A stretch of 64,000 nt of DNA from Thecamonas trahens ATCC 50062. Its lineage: Eukaryota; Protista; Apusomonadida. This document shows, one piece after another, positions 21,255 through 33,076 of this stretch (its first letter is position 1; each line of letters opens with the position of its first letter). Location: NCBI RefSeq assembly GCF_000142905.1, contig NW_013657657.1, positions 186,001-250,000 on the forward strand, in the 5' to 3' direction. The notes below the pieces were generated by a model that was given only the letters and a program-made list of their open reading frames with translations, did not search any database and was not told the origin of the DNA. A program made the translations under genes and the position numbers.

Positions 21255-24200
21255 CTACAGCGTCGACAAAGTTGATGACGATGACATCGGCATTGCACCC
21301 GAGTACGTGTCGAGATCTTTCGAGTCCGAGCTCGAGCTGGAGCCCGAGACGACTGTCTTGCCTCTTGATGTGACGACGACGAGCTCGGTGGCCGACACGT
21401 TGTCGCCTGACTCGGACCCGGGCTCGGATTGCGAGTAGGAAAGCGGAACGATCGCGCTTGCCGCCCGTCGCATGGTAAAAACGAGCGAGAAGAGCCAGAG
21501 AAAGTAGCCCGCAATGGCAGCGAGCGCCGAGTACTCCAAGAACGACACAAACTGGGAACGCGCGGGCGTGGCCCGGCCGGCCGACTCGACGTCGGCGTCT
21601 GTCCGGTCCCGCGAGAAGATCGCAAACGTAGCCAAGACGACGTAGATGCAGACGGCAACGCCCCCGGCTTCGGCATTGTTGAGCTTCCGCAGAATCAGTG
21701 GCTGCGCATACAGCTGCGCGCCAAGCACAACAATGAGCACCAGGCTCGTCATCACCAGCTGCTCCACTGCGCGCCGCGAGTACACCGCAAGCGCGGTCAT
21801 GCCCACCTTGCGAATCAGAATGGCCCACTCCCAGAACCACACTCGACTGCGGTATTGGCCGGCAAAGAACGACCATCGCGAGTAGCGATCCGCAGGCGCC
21901 GCACGAAGCGCAAGCAGGAGCGCCAGAGGCGCTCCCACAACATACACCACAATGGCCACCACAGCGACGCCTGCATACACTGCGTGGCTCCCCACAAAGC
22001 ACTGGATGTCGAGATCGTCAGCGAGCCAGAGCCCAGACCGGAGCGAGAACGCTCGGCAAGCAAGCATTGACATGGCCGAGCGTGCCACCGCAGGATAGGC
22101 GAGGAAAAACCCTACCGCAGCAATAGTCGCAGCTTGTCGTGCCGCTAGTGCAGGCTGTGTCGGCGACGCGACCAAGCTGCACAGTCCTGAGACAAACACG
22201 ATGGCGATTGGCACAAGCATCGTCGCCACAAACGACTGGTACACGCTCAAGTTGCTCAGGCACCGGATCGGCACAATGTCCATCGAGAGCGCTGAGAACG
22301 TGAGAGCTTGCGCAGCCGTCGTCGCCAGCAGCTTTGACGTCTGCGCACGTAACGCAAACACCACTGCGAGTGTTTGCGCAGTATTGATCGCCGTCTTGAC
22401 AATTTGCGGCACAACAGAAAGCGAGCGCACACGTCGTTGCGTCTTCATCCGCTGCGCTCGCACCACGAGGGTGATAACAACAATTCCCACCGCAATTCCC
22501 ACCGCCACCAGCGCGATCACAATCACCACCGAGACCATGTCTCCCGGACACTCAATGCACTTCTCCCCGCGCGCGCGTACCCGGTACTGCACTTGGAGCA
22601 CGCAAAGTTGTTTGCGTATCCTGGAGCACACTGCGTGTATCCGGCTCCGCCTGGACATGCCTCGGCCGGCTCGCACGCCAGGAACGCACCCATGTCTAAT
22701 TGCGCACTCGCATTGCCATATGGGTACCAGAAGCCAGGCGCAGCAAGGATCCGCGTTGGATCCGAGCAGTCGCCACCAATCGGACACACCCGACACGCCG
22801 CAGCGCCACCAAACGAGAACATACCCCCGGGGCATGTACTGCACAACTCCAGCTGGTGCCTCGCGTCCGACCGAAACGTCCCTGGCTTGCAAGCCAAACA
22901 CTGCTCGCCGTCGAGGTACTCGCCAGCGGTGCAAGCAACCTCACACGTGACCGTGCTGCTAACCACCGTGATCTCATTCTCCTTGCATGGCATAATCGCC
23001 ACCACCATCGGCGTCGCAAGCCTCACACAAGTCATGTCTTCCATCTCCACGCCCACCACGTAGCTCGTAGACAGATCGTCTACAGTCAACGCAAGCACGC
23101 GCGCCTGGCTCAGCTCGCACCTGCCGCCCGCATCACTGCTGCACGTCGCCGTCGCCACGCTCATCTGTTCGGCCGACCCCACTGGAATATAAGCCGGTGC
23201 GAGCGCGAGCGCGGCCGCACCGCCTGCATCTGCGACTGCCACCAGCCGCGCATTGTACGCAAACAGCGACATCGCCCCATACGAATCCACCGCGTGGACA
23301 GCAAGACTGGGAAACGGCGCCTGGCCTGACGAGATCGTGGCCACCATGCCTGTCGTCGTGCCGTCCGTCTTGACAAGAGCCACCGGGTCAGATGCAAGGT
23401 TTGACGGCGTGTTGAGCGTCGTCTGCGCCGCAGCGTCCGCAGGTGAGATGCTCTCAACGTATGTCATGCTGCTCACGTCGCCACTTCCAACTCCATTGCA
23501 CGGCGAGGCAAGAGTCTTGCCACACGCCTGCGAGAGGAGACACTCAAACACGCCACCGCCCGCAATCTCAGCTCGGTTGCCTGACACCGCCACGTCTCCC
23601 GCCGCATACGTCAGCGTGCCCGACGAGACGAGCGCGCCGCCGCCGTACCGGCCCGCAACGTTGCCAGTAATCGCGCATCCAGACTGCAGTAGACATGTCG
23701 TACCCTCTGCAGCAAGGCCTCCGCCATACTCCGCAGTGTTGCCCACAACCTGCGTATTGTCCAGCTGCAGGATGGCCTGATCAGCGACGGCCAGCCCGCC
23801 ACCGCGCATGGCGTGGTTGCCGTCAAAGGTCGAGTTCGAGACAATCACCAATGCAAGGCCAGCAATGCCTGTGCCTCCACCACTCGTGCCAGCCGTGTTG
23901 CCTGCAGCGACTGCTTCACGGATCACTACCCGAGCATCGGCCGAGCTTGGCGAAGCCACACTCAGGCCGCCGCCGACACCGACGGCGATGTTGCCCCGCA
24001 GCTCGAGTCCAAGTAGCTCAATCAGCTCAATCGATGTCGACGTCACCGCTGAAAGGGCCAATCCACCACCGCTCGGTGCCTTGTTGTTCGAAAGAGCAAG
24101 CGATGGGCCAATGAATGTCGACGCCGGCCGTAGCGCGGTGTCGGCAAAGAGCATGCCGCCACCGGCAAGCTGGCTTCCAGACACTGAGTTGCCGTCAGCT

Positions 24201-26584
24201 GCCACCGACGCAACGATAATCAAGCCGATGTCAACCGGAAGAGCTGCAACGGCCACACCACCGCCCCCGCCGATAGCTCGGGACGACGGTGTCATCACCA
24301 AGTTGCCAACCGCAGTGAAGTCTTCGATGACCACGCCTCGACTGCGTGGGTCATCAACGGCCGCGTCATACGATGCACCCACCATCTGGTCGAACATCAC
24401 ACCGAGCCCTCCCCCATACATTCGCGGCGTGCGCAAGAGCGACGATGCAAAGACCGGAAGGTATGGCATGGTCACGCTGCAGAGCTCTATCCGGACTCGC
24501 GAGACCCAGACGTCGGCCGTGTTGACCACGCCAAGCCCGCCACCAACAAGCGTCACATCGTACTCGACATCGGCGTTGCTCGTCGAGGACCGCGGCACTT
24601 GCTCGGTTGCCTCGCTCGTCACAGTGCAGTTGGAAAGCGTTGCATCCTGGACGTGTACCCATACGCCGGTGCCTGCAAAGTCGATGACCGCCACACATCC
24701 ACCCGCCACAATGGAGCCAGCCGCGGGCACCGCAGCTGCGACCCACCCGTTCTTGATTGTCATGTCGGCCAAGACAACCGAGCCCGCGAGCTCGGCATGG
24801 GGCGCCAGTCCTGTGCCGTTGAAGACAAACGCACGACCGGCGCCGGCGCAATCGACAACTGTGGCACCCTGCCCATCGCCCGCAAGCGTGAGCGCAAACG
24901 GAATCGTCACGCCTTGTGGCGGGCAACCGGTCCACGTCCCGGCCGGGAGCCGAATGTGGAAACCGTGGTTGATAGCCGGTAGGTCGTTGACAGCCGGTGC
25001 CACGAGAGCAGCAGCAAGGCACTCCAGATTGAAAGCAGGCGCACCGAGCTCACTGCACCGCACTGGGTCAAGCACGATGCGATCACGAGAGAGGGCAACG
25101 TGGGTATAGCCAAGGTACGTCTCATAATGGACTCGATACATGATAGCAGTTTCAAAGGCCGAGAACAGGCCCGGTGCAAATCGATGTGGAACTCGAGTAC
25201 CAGCACGCAACGCCGTTGCATCCATCGTCATGCTCGGCGGCACCGGCATGTCTGCTAGCGGCGAAGTCCGCAAAACGACGTTCGTCTGCGAATTCCAGTC
25301 AAAGCCGGACACGTCAAGCGAGAACGAGGCAACGTAGTGCTTTGCCACACCAGCGTCGGACAAAAAGGTGACGCCAAAGGCGAGAAAACCATCCTCCACA
25401 AAGACAGCGACGTCATCTTCGTCATTTCCCGTGTCTATCACGCCCTTTCCCACCACAAACTCATCTGTGAGTGGCTCACCGTCGGAGCGGAAAACCCGAG
25501 CAATGACGCCGCTCCCGCCGTCGTCATCGGGATGGCCAGGGTGCACCCATGCGAGGACATAGCCACCTGGATCGAGAGCGACAATGCGAGACGAGCCAAT
25601 CATAGTTATGGCTCCGGCTGGCGACCAATACTGTGCCGGATCGCGCGCCGTGACGACCACGTTGGCGCCGGACACTTGCTCTATGATGAAAAGCACGAGC
25701 GTTTTCGTGCCCTTGTCGTACGCGAACATGGCGTAGTAATTATCGGATGGATCTTGCGACTTGACCGAGACAATTGGAGTCAGCTGGCCCGTCGACGAAT
25801 AGCCACACGAAGTTGTGGCAACTGCGGCTCCGGGCGGCCACACGCCTTCTGGTGGCGTGGCGTAGACCTTGCACTCGACGTTGGGTGTCTGGGTAGTGAG
25901 TGCGAAAAAGTAGCCGTCTTCCATCTCGACCATACCAATCCCGTTCGCCGGAGTGATGTACCACAGCGGATCAGCGACTTCCCACGTTCCCGGCGAGGTC
26001 CGCGTATGGAGGCGGACACCGGTGTGGTTCGGGACGGCGGCGGCGATGGTGATGCTGCTGTTGCCGAGAGTGGCAATGTTGTGATCGCCAATATGACCCA
26101 CAATACTGTATCCGGCCTCTTGATATGAGCCACAATTAAGATACTCTGAATCGAGACCAAACGCTGTGCCTGGGGTGTACGCAGTAAAGACGGCGCGCAA
26201 TTTGGTGTCTCCGTGACTACCGCCCGCAGGTAGCGGGCAGTACCCTTTCTCGTAGGAGTCGGTAATCTGGATCATCACTCCGGCTTTGTTGGTAAAGATC
26301 ACCCGCGGCGCGCTGTGCACATACTTCAGCACCCGAGCATAGGGTGCCCAGTAGGGGACTTGATTGAGCGGCGTTGGCGGCATGAACATCGATACGTATC
26401 CGGGCGCCGACGAAATATTCGCAAACGACGGCCGCGGGCGGGGAAATTTGACCGAGCCCACGACTCCACCCGCCGTGGCGAGAACCGCGTCAATGGTTGC
26501 AAAGGAGCAGGCTCCGGGCTGCGGGAGCACAGCAGCGGTGGCAAGAAGTAAAGTTGCCACAAGCACTAGCCTCTTCGCGAGCAT
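21255..26584 (-). CDS. Giant surface receptor-like protein: signal peptide, unique N-domain, Pmp/beta-helix repeats, Cys-rich (GCC2/GCC3-like) region, TRP(PF06011)-like multi-TM C-terminus (frameshift at about 22565-22568)
   Basis: MLAKRLVLVATLLLA signal; N.A..GGG(L/A) repeats; CxxCxPG repeats. ORF 21255..22934 continues in the -1 frame with about 9 hydrophobic segments, QYRSRVWFWEWAILIRK and a Ser-rich tail. Confidence 0.8.
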
Positions 26585-26632
26585 GTTCAATGAAGGTTTG
26601 CAAACAGAGTTGAATGTCGGTGCTCCCGTGCT

Positions 26633-26660
26633 TGGGCGTGGGCGTGGGCGTGGGCGTGGG
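26633..26660. repeat. (TGGGCG)n hexamer repeat upstream of the receptor-like gene
   Basis: Direct reading. Confidence 0.8.
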
Positions 26661-26868
26661 TGGGCACGGAAACGACGTTTGCCCGGCTGTTCTCTCTGAA
26701 GTCGCACGGAACCTTTTTGCGTCAAGTCGCAGCGCCCAAAAAAATAGTAGCGTGCTGTTTGACGATGACAGCATCTCCAACCAATTCTGGTGGCAACTGC
26801 CAATGCGATCGATGAAGAGGTGTGGCGGGTATGGGCAAACACGGCGTTCAATCGTGACGGCTGCCTGG

Positions 26869-28521
26869 CTACTTGCTCTCGGACGGCCAGAGCGGATCGG
26901 CCTGGGCAAAGCGAACGGCGACACGTGCGGCGACGCGTGCGTTCTGGACAAGGGCATCGTAGGCGATGTTCTCGAGCGTATCGCACGGCGAGTGGTAGCA
27001 CGGGTCGTACGGCGCGTCGGCAAAGCCGCCAAAGATGGTTCGCTGCTCCATGGTCTTGAGCCCCCCGGCACCGGTAAGGAGGCCGCCGGTCGGCTTGTCG
27101 GCGATGAGAAACGGAAGAAAGTCCGAGCCGGCACGCATCGACGAGAGCTCGTAGGTGAGGCCTTCGGCGGCAAACGCGTCGAGGTAAGCTGCCTCGATGG
27201 CCTCGGCACGGCGAAGGACGGTACCTGTGGCGATCGAGTCGTTAGCCTGGTGAACAAAGCGAACATAGTTGGGCGAAGCAAGCATGTCGTAGTTGAGGTA
27301 CAGTTCGATGGCGTCCCAATCCGCTGGCTCGTTGGCCTGCAGCTGGGCCACGTACTGATATGAGCCGATGAGGCCGAGTTCCTCGGCTGCCCACCAGCAG
27401 AACCGGAGCGTGTGCGGCGAGCGGATGGCGGCGGCCTGCTTGCGGTACGCCAGTGCCAGCTGGAGCACAACAGCCGAGCCGGAGCCATCATCGTTGATTC
27501 CGGGACCCTCAGCGACCGAGTCGAGGTGCGCACCCATGACGATGATGGCGCCCGACGGTGTGACGCCGGGAGGCGGCGGCACGTCGGCGCACACGTCATA
27601 AGTGTCGGCGACAACGGTCTCGGTGTTGGTCGCGATTGTGACGCGGGCGGCGGCACCCTTGGCGGCAATCAGCTGGTACACGGTGTCGGTGACGCCGATG
27701 ATAGGCACCGACGCTAGCCATGAACCGGGGTACCACGGCGACGGGCGTGCGCGGCTGCCCGGCAATGAGCGCGAGCCTGGCGACGACGAGAGGAGAACCG
27801 CGGCAGCCCCGGCGGCCTCGGCAGCCATAACTCGGCTCGCATAGTCACACGAGCCGCCGGCCACCGAGTAGGTGACAAAGACGGCGCCCGGCGTTGACGG
27901 ATACGCCGTGGCGTTGCAGGCGTCCGCGGATGGAATAACTACCAACGGCGCGTCGTTGACCGTCTGGGCCCCATTTCCGCCCGAGTACCGGACGCCGGCA
28001 AAGTCGGAGCCGTAGATGAGCTCAATGCCGTCGAGGACCAGGCTCGGAACTGCGATCTGGGTGTAGACCGGAGCCTCGACCGGGAAGGTCCTGATGTCGG
28101 TGTCGGCGAAGCCGCCCTCGGTGAGGCGAAAACGTACAAACTCGGCCGACTCGTTGTACCCATTCAGCACCGATCGGCACGGCACGCCTGCGGCGTTTGG
28201 ATGGTTCACCGCCGCCGCCATCAGCTCGGTCAGATGCGTCCGCATCTCGTCCTCCACCATGGCATCGGCAAGACCAGCGCGAGTGCCTGCCGGCGCCGGA
28301 CCGGCGCCAGTGGGAGCATGATCGTCGTCCTTATCGTGGGCAACGACCACGCCGACGGCTGTCGCAGCCGCCGCCACCACCACCACCACCACCACGGCGA
28401 GGATGACTATCGTGCGCCGGCTCATGCCGCCGCTGCTTCGTCCCCGACCCTGCCCCGCGCCCCGCAGCGGCGTCTCCTCGTCACCCGAGACCAGTGCCAC
28501 ACCCTTGTCAGCTCCACCCAT
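26869..28521 (-). CDS. M28 family PA-domain aminopeptidase (aminopeptidase Y-like), type II membrane anchor
   Basis: GAHLDSVAEGPGINDDGSG, WWAAEELGLIGS, YLNYDMLASPN and YDPCYHSPCD motifs; N-terminal hydrophobic stretch. Confidence 0.92.
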   Translation of the reverse strand: MGGADKGVALVSGDEETPLRGAGQGRGRSSGGMSRRTIVILAVVVVVVVAAAATAVGVVVAHDKDDDHAPTGAGPAPAGTRAGLADAMVEDEMRTHLTELMAAAVNHPNAAGVPCRSVLNGYNESAEFVRFRLTEGGFADTDIRTFPVEAPVYTQIAVPSLVLDGIELIYGSDFAGVRYSGGNGAQTVNDAPLVVIPSADACNATAYPSTPGAVFVTYSVAGGSCDYASRVMAAEAAGAAAVLLSSSPGSRSLPGSRARPSPWYPGSWLASVPIIGVTDTVYQLIAAKGAAARVTIATNTETVVADTYDVCADVPPPPGVTPSGAIIVMGAHLDSVAEGPGINDDGSGSAVVLQLALAYRKQAAAIRSPHTLRFCWWAAEELGLIGSYQYVAQLQANEPADWDAIELYLNYDMLASPNYVRFVHQANDSIATGTVLRRAEAIEAAYLDAFAAEGLTYELSSMRAGSDFLPFLIADKPTGGLLTGAGGLKTMEQRTIFGGFADAPYDPCYHSPCDTLENIAYDALVQNARVAARVAVRFAQADPLWPSESK

Positions 28522-28737
28522 TCTTGCGCAATACACACAAGTGTGCAAAAGTGTGTGTGGTGTGGTGGTGGTAGTGGTGGTGGTGGTGGTGGTGGTGGCG
28601 GCGGGCGGTATGTCACGCGCCTGGCGAACTTAGCAGGTGACTGGGGGGGCGGGGGGGGGGGAGCATGTCACAGATGAGGCTTTGCTCATCCACCACACAC
28701 AGCAACTGTTGCAAACAGACAAGCAGACCGGGCTGGT

Positions 28738-28895
28738 TTACTCGATAAGGCCAAGCGAGGCCTTGAGGGCGCGGATCTTGCAGTTGGCGCGGTCCTTGCG
28801 CTGCGAAGAGTGCAGCTTGAGGCGGCGGTAGTACTTCTGCTTGGCCGGGACGTTCTTCTTGGTCGGCTTGAGGGCCGGGTCGGCGCGGATGGCGG
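28738..28895 (-). CDS. RPL5: 3' end of 60S ribosomal protein L5 (uL18); the remainder lies in the gap
   Basis: Manual translation AIRADPALKPTKKNVPAKQKYYRRLKLHSSQRKDRANCKIRALKASLGLIE* matches the L5 C-terminal pattern (AIRxdP...KlsxxQRKdRv). Confidence 0.75.
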
Positions 28896-28995
28896 NNNNN
28901 NNNNNNNNNNNNNNNNNNNNNNNNNNNNNNNNNNNNNNNNNNNNNNNNNNNNNNNNNNNNNNNNNNNNNNNNNNNNNNNNNNNNNNNNNNNNNNN
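28896..28995. other. Assembly gap (100 N); true size probably several kb
   Basis: It must hold the rest of RPL5 and the 3' part of FG-GAP paralog A. Confidence 0.9.
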
Positions 28996-31900
28996 CCACG
29001 TCGACCATCACCTGGTCGTCACCCGGCTCGCTCGCCCGGCACCCGCGGATCGTAGCGTTGCGCAGCTCGAGCGCCGCACCGTTCCCGTTCACCCGAAGCC
29101 CAGGCGTACCATGTAGCTCGGCTAGTGCCGTCTCCATCCCGCGCACCTCAACGCCATCGAGCACCAGTCGCCCGACCGTCGCCACCGTCGGCTGCGGATG
29201 TTCTGCCACCGTGAACAGGACCCGGCCACGCCCAGCTGCAGCGTCGGCGCACTCAAAGATCACCGAGCCAGGCACTGCCGCACGCAGCACGACCGAATGC
29301 GTGAGGACAAAATGCGCGTCAGCAACACACGAGTAGACACCTGGCTCGAGCATCAGCGTGTCGGCGACGCACCGCGAGGAGGCGGCGATGTTGGCGGCGA
29401 CGCAGGCAAACGAGAAGCGATCCAGCATACACGGCGCTAGCCGTAGATCCAGCGGTCTGGTCTGCGGCGTGTAGACCGTGTCCGCGTCGCGACCGCTCTG
29501 CAGGGCAACGCGAACACCGCCCGAGCTATAGGTAACGGCGTCGAGTAGTCCGTCGCCGTTGACATCTGCTACTGCTCTCCAGGTGCGAGTTCCACTCACG
29601 GCTGCAGTCATCGCAGACCAGACCAATCCGTCCTTGGTACTGAATACAGTGAAGCTTGCGCTCGAGTACGTGTTGCTGGAGGTAGCAACAACATCGAGCC
29701 GTCCATCGCCGTCGACATCGACAATCCCCACGTAATCCATGGCTTGCCCATAGTTCTGAATGTGCTGAATGCTGAACCCACCACTACAGTTCGACTTCCA
29801 CCACGTAAGCATCAGGGGCTTGCCTGGCACTACCTCACCGTTGCCTCCGCTGACAACTAGATCGGTGCAGCCGTTGCCGTCCATATCTCCGCTGGCAGCA
29901 GCAAAGCCACTTGAGGTCACTCTCTTGTTGAGCACCGTCGTCCGCGATGCCTCCCTGTACCCACCGGCATCCGCCACATACACGACAACGTCGGTGTGTG
30001 GCGTTACGTCCTCAAACACAACGACGTCCACAGCTGAACTCAAGTTATCAAACTCTCCCACGTACACCTTAGACGACCCGGTGCCGGTAACAGCTAGCTC
30101 GCTTGCAATCCCGGTACCGGTGTAGAGAAACAATGCTGTGAGACTGTCGCTCGAAGTCAACACATCCGGGCTTCCGTCACGATTCGCATCAACGATCAAG
30201 ATCTTGCGGATGCCGGTGAGCGTCGTCAGCGGGCTTGAGATGGCGCGGCCACTTCCGAATCGCCCCCTCCCATCCTGATTGGCATGCCACGCCAGTGCCG
30301 CCGCCGCCACAACCACGTCCAAATCGCCGTCATCGTCCATGTCAGCTACGGCAACGTACGACGCCGTCGTCGTGCTCACCGGTGTCAACGCACCAAACGA
30401 GACTTCGCCGTTGAGGTTAGGAAGCCAGCCGACGACGTCGGGCGTGCGGATCACCGCATCAGTATCGCCGTCGAGGTCGAGATCGGCCAAGACAACATCC
30501 AAGACCAGCTCATGGTACACATTCGTTCCGCGCGCAAAGCCAACACCTGACATAGGAAGCGCATCAGCCGTCTCAAACCACGTGACGGTACTAGAAGTTG
30601 CGACAAACAAATCATCATCGCCGTCGCCATCCATGTCGACAACCGTCAGCTTTCCGCCGTTGTCCGCAACTTGCTCGACCTCGGCCACTGCGCCGCCGCG
30701 GAATGCATATGTGTTCGACTTGGTGCTGCTGCTCGATGCTGACACTACCAGCCCTCGCGCAGGCGTAATGGCAACGTCAACAGGTACACCCAAAGGCACA
30801 GAGACCTGCAGGAGCGGTCCAAATCCGCGCGCTCCATCGCCGCGCATCCATCCCCCACCACTGGACGAGACAACACCGATATCATTCGTGCCATCGCCGT
30901 CAACGTCGCCAACCGCGACGCCCACAAGATTCGAGAGAGGCACATCCACCACAGCACTGCTCCAGGTGCCAGCAGCTTCAGCGTACCACACAACAACTGC
31001 TTCATCGTTCCAAACCAGCACGTCTGGCGCACCAGCTCCATCAACATTGCCGCATACCGCCCCTCGCGCACCAAAGAGCCGAATGGACGAGTCTGGCAAC
31101 GCAATGCCTGAAGAGCCGTTGCCAGGTATCCAGATCACAGTCCCGTTGCTGGTCACGGCCGCAACGCCGGAGCCATCCGGCACTGCACACAGTGCGGCAA
31201 TGCTCGCGCTCGTGTCAGACACGTTGGCAAGCGTAGAAATGTTCCACGCCAGCCCGTCGCTCGCTGCCAACACTACCGCGTCTGCGCAGGCAGCAACAAT
31301 ATCAGCAGAACCGTCGCGGTTGACGTCGACGAGCTCAAGTCCCACCACCGCCCCCGCTCCAGACAGTCCGGCATCCACATGCCGCGGCCCGGCGTAGCTG
31401 TTGATCGTAAGCGCCTCGACAAGGACCACACTGCCATCTGAAGCAAGGTAGACTACATCGCCGTCGCCGTCGCCGTCCACATCGCCAGCTGCTACAATCG
31501 ATCCCGTTGGCGTCACAAACGGCGCTTTCGTTGTAGTACCCACCTGTTGCCGCGGCGTCGTTATCCAGTCGGACACATTCGATGGCGAAACAATCAGTTC
31601 CATGGTGGAATCTAAAGCAACTATAACATCGCGAACGTCGTCGCCATTGATGTCGACTGAGACAAATGACCAGCTGCCGCGGTTGGGTAGCACGTACTCG
31701 TGGACGTCAAAGTTGCCTGTCCCGTCATTAACAGCCCTCACGAGCCGGGCCTCGGACGATGACTGCCTGTACACGTACTCAATATCCACATCGGTGTCGT
31801 TGTCGAAATCTGCAGCAATAAACCGAGACTCGACGGCGCGGGTCGTGAACGACGGCATCTGTGAAAACGAGGCCCCGTTGTTACGGAACCAAGCTACTCC

Positions 31901-32764
31901 CCAATCCGATCTCGTACCCAGCACCACATCGTCCAGGCCATCCCCATCGATGTCGGCAGCACCCATTGACGACAGAAGCTTAGAAATTGGAAACGCCGTC
32001 ATCTCATCTTGTACACCGCTTGCCCCATACGACCCATAAAGGATGGCATCTGGGGTGGCACCGATGCCGTCTTGATAGTAGATGAGCTCCAGCTGCCCGT
32101 CACCATCCAAGTCGCCCATCGTTACGATAGTTCTCCTCCTGGACGCCCCCATCACAACTTCTGGAAACCGACCATCGACGTTGAGCGCCCACCAGAACTT
32201 GCCAGCATCACCCAATGACCACACCAGGTCTAGATCGCCGTCCGCATCGATGTCTGTGGCCAGAATGCGTGGGTAGAAGTTCATGGTAGAATCAGTCCCT
32301 AGGACTCGCCGCCGTGCAAACTCGCCGCCGCCCCGGTTCTCATACCACACAATCGCCCGCAATGGTACAAATGAGCACGCCGCCACGTCCACTACTCCGT
32401 TCCCGGTCAAGTCTGCTACCACCAATGCAGCAACACGGAGGTTGCCAGATGTGGTATCGGCCGCCTCGATGACGCCATGGCCCGAGAACCCGAGCGCTGG
32501 GTGAGCGTTGGCCAACCACATAATGGCGGCTCCTGTGCCAGTCACCACCACGTCAATGTCACCATCGCCATCCACATCGCCAGCTTCCATCGGAGTAGTC
32601 AGCGAGTATATGCCCGGCCACACGACATGCTTCGCCAGCGGCGAGGCCGCTCTACATTGGCCGATTTGTGGTGTCGCCAACTCGGCAGCAACGACACCAC
32701 GTGCAGACCCCAGCACCACGAGTGACACTAGCACCAGCACCGCGTACAAAGGAAACAACCCCAT
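28996..32764 (-). CDS. FG-GAP/VCBS-repeat giant surface protein, paralog A (3' end lost in gap)
   Basis: Signal peptide MGLFPLYAVLVLV... and more than 15 GD(V/L)DGDGxxD(L/V) repeats. Its last ~497 bp are shared with paralog B. Confidence 0.85.
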
Positions 32765-33076
32765 TGCCACAGTTGGAAGTGAAATGAGACGAGTGTGTCG
32801 ATTGGTCTTCAAGACAGCTGTCTGTCATCCGTGAGTGCCCATGCCCGCACCGCTCGTCCCTCGTCACCCTGGTGGTGGAGCCAGCACGTGCCGTCGCCAT
32901 CTTCACTGGAAGAACAGCGAAGTTTTATATTTTGAAACGGACGTCCACGACAGCAACGACATCACAAAGCATTGAACCAGTCTGCACCACCGCTGTGTGT
33001 TACTTGGCCTGCGGTGGGGTTCGCCTGCGGTGCTAGCTGGCACGGTGTGCATCTCACGTCAAACAAGGAGCCGGCC

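Noticed and set aside
28613-32812. 1399-aa ORF read through the N gap
   Set aside because: An artefact of translating Ns; the sequence beyond the gap encodes RPL5 in another frame.
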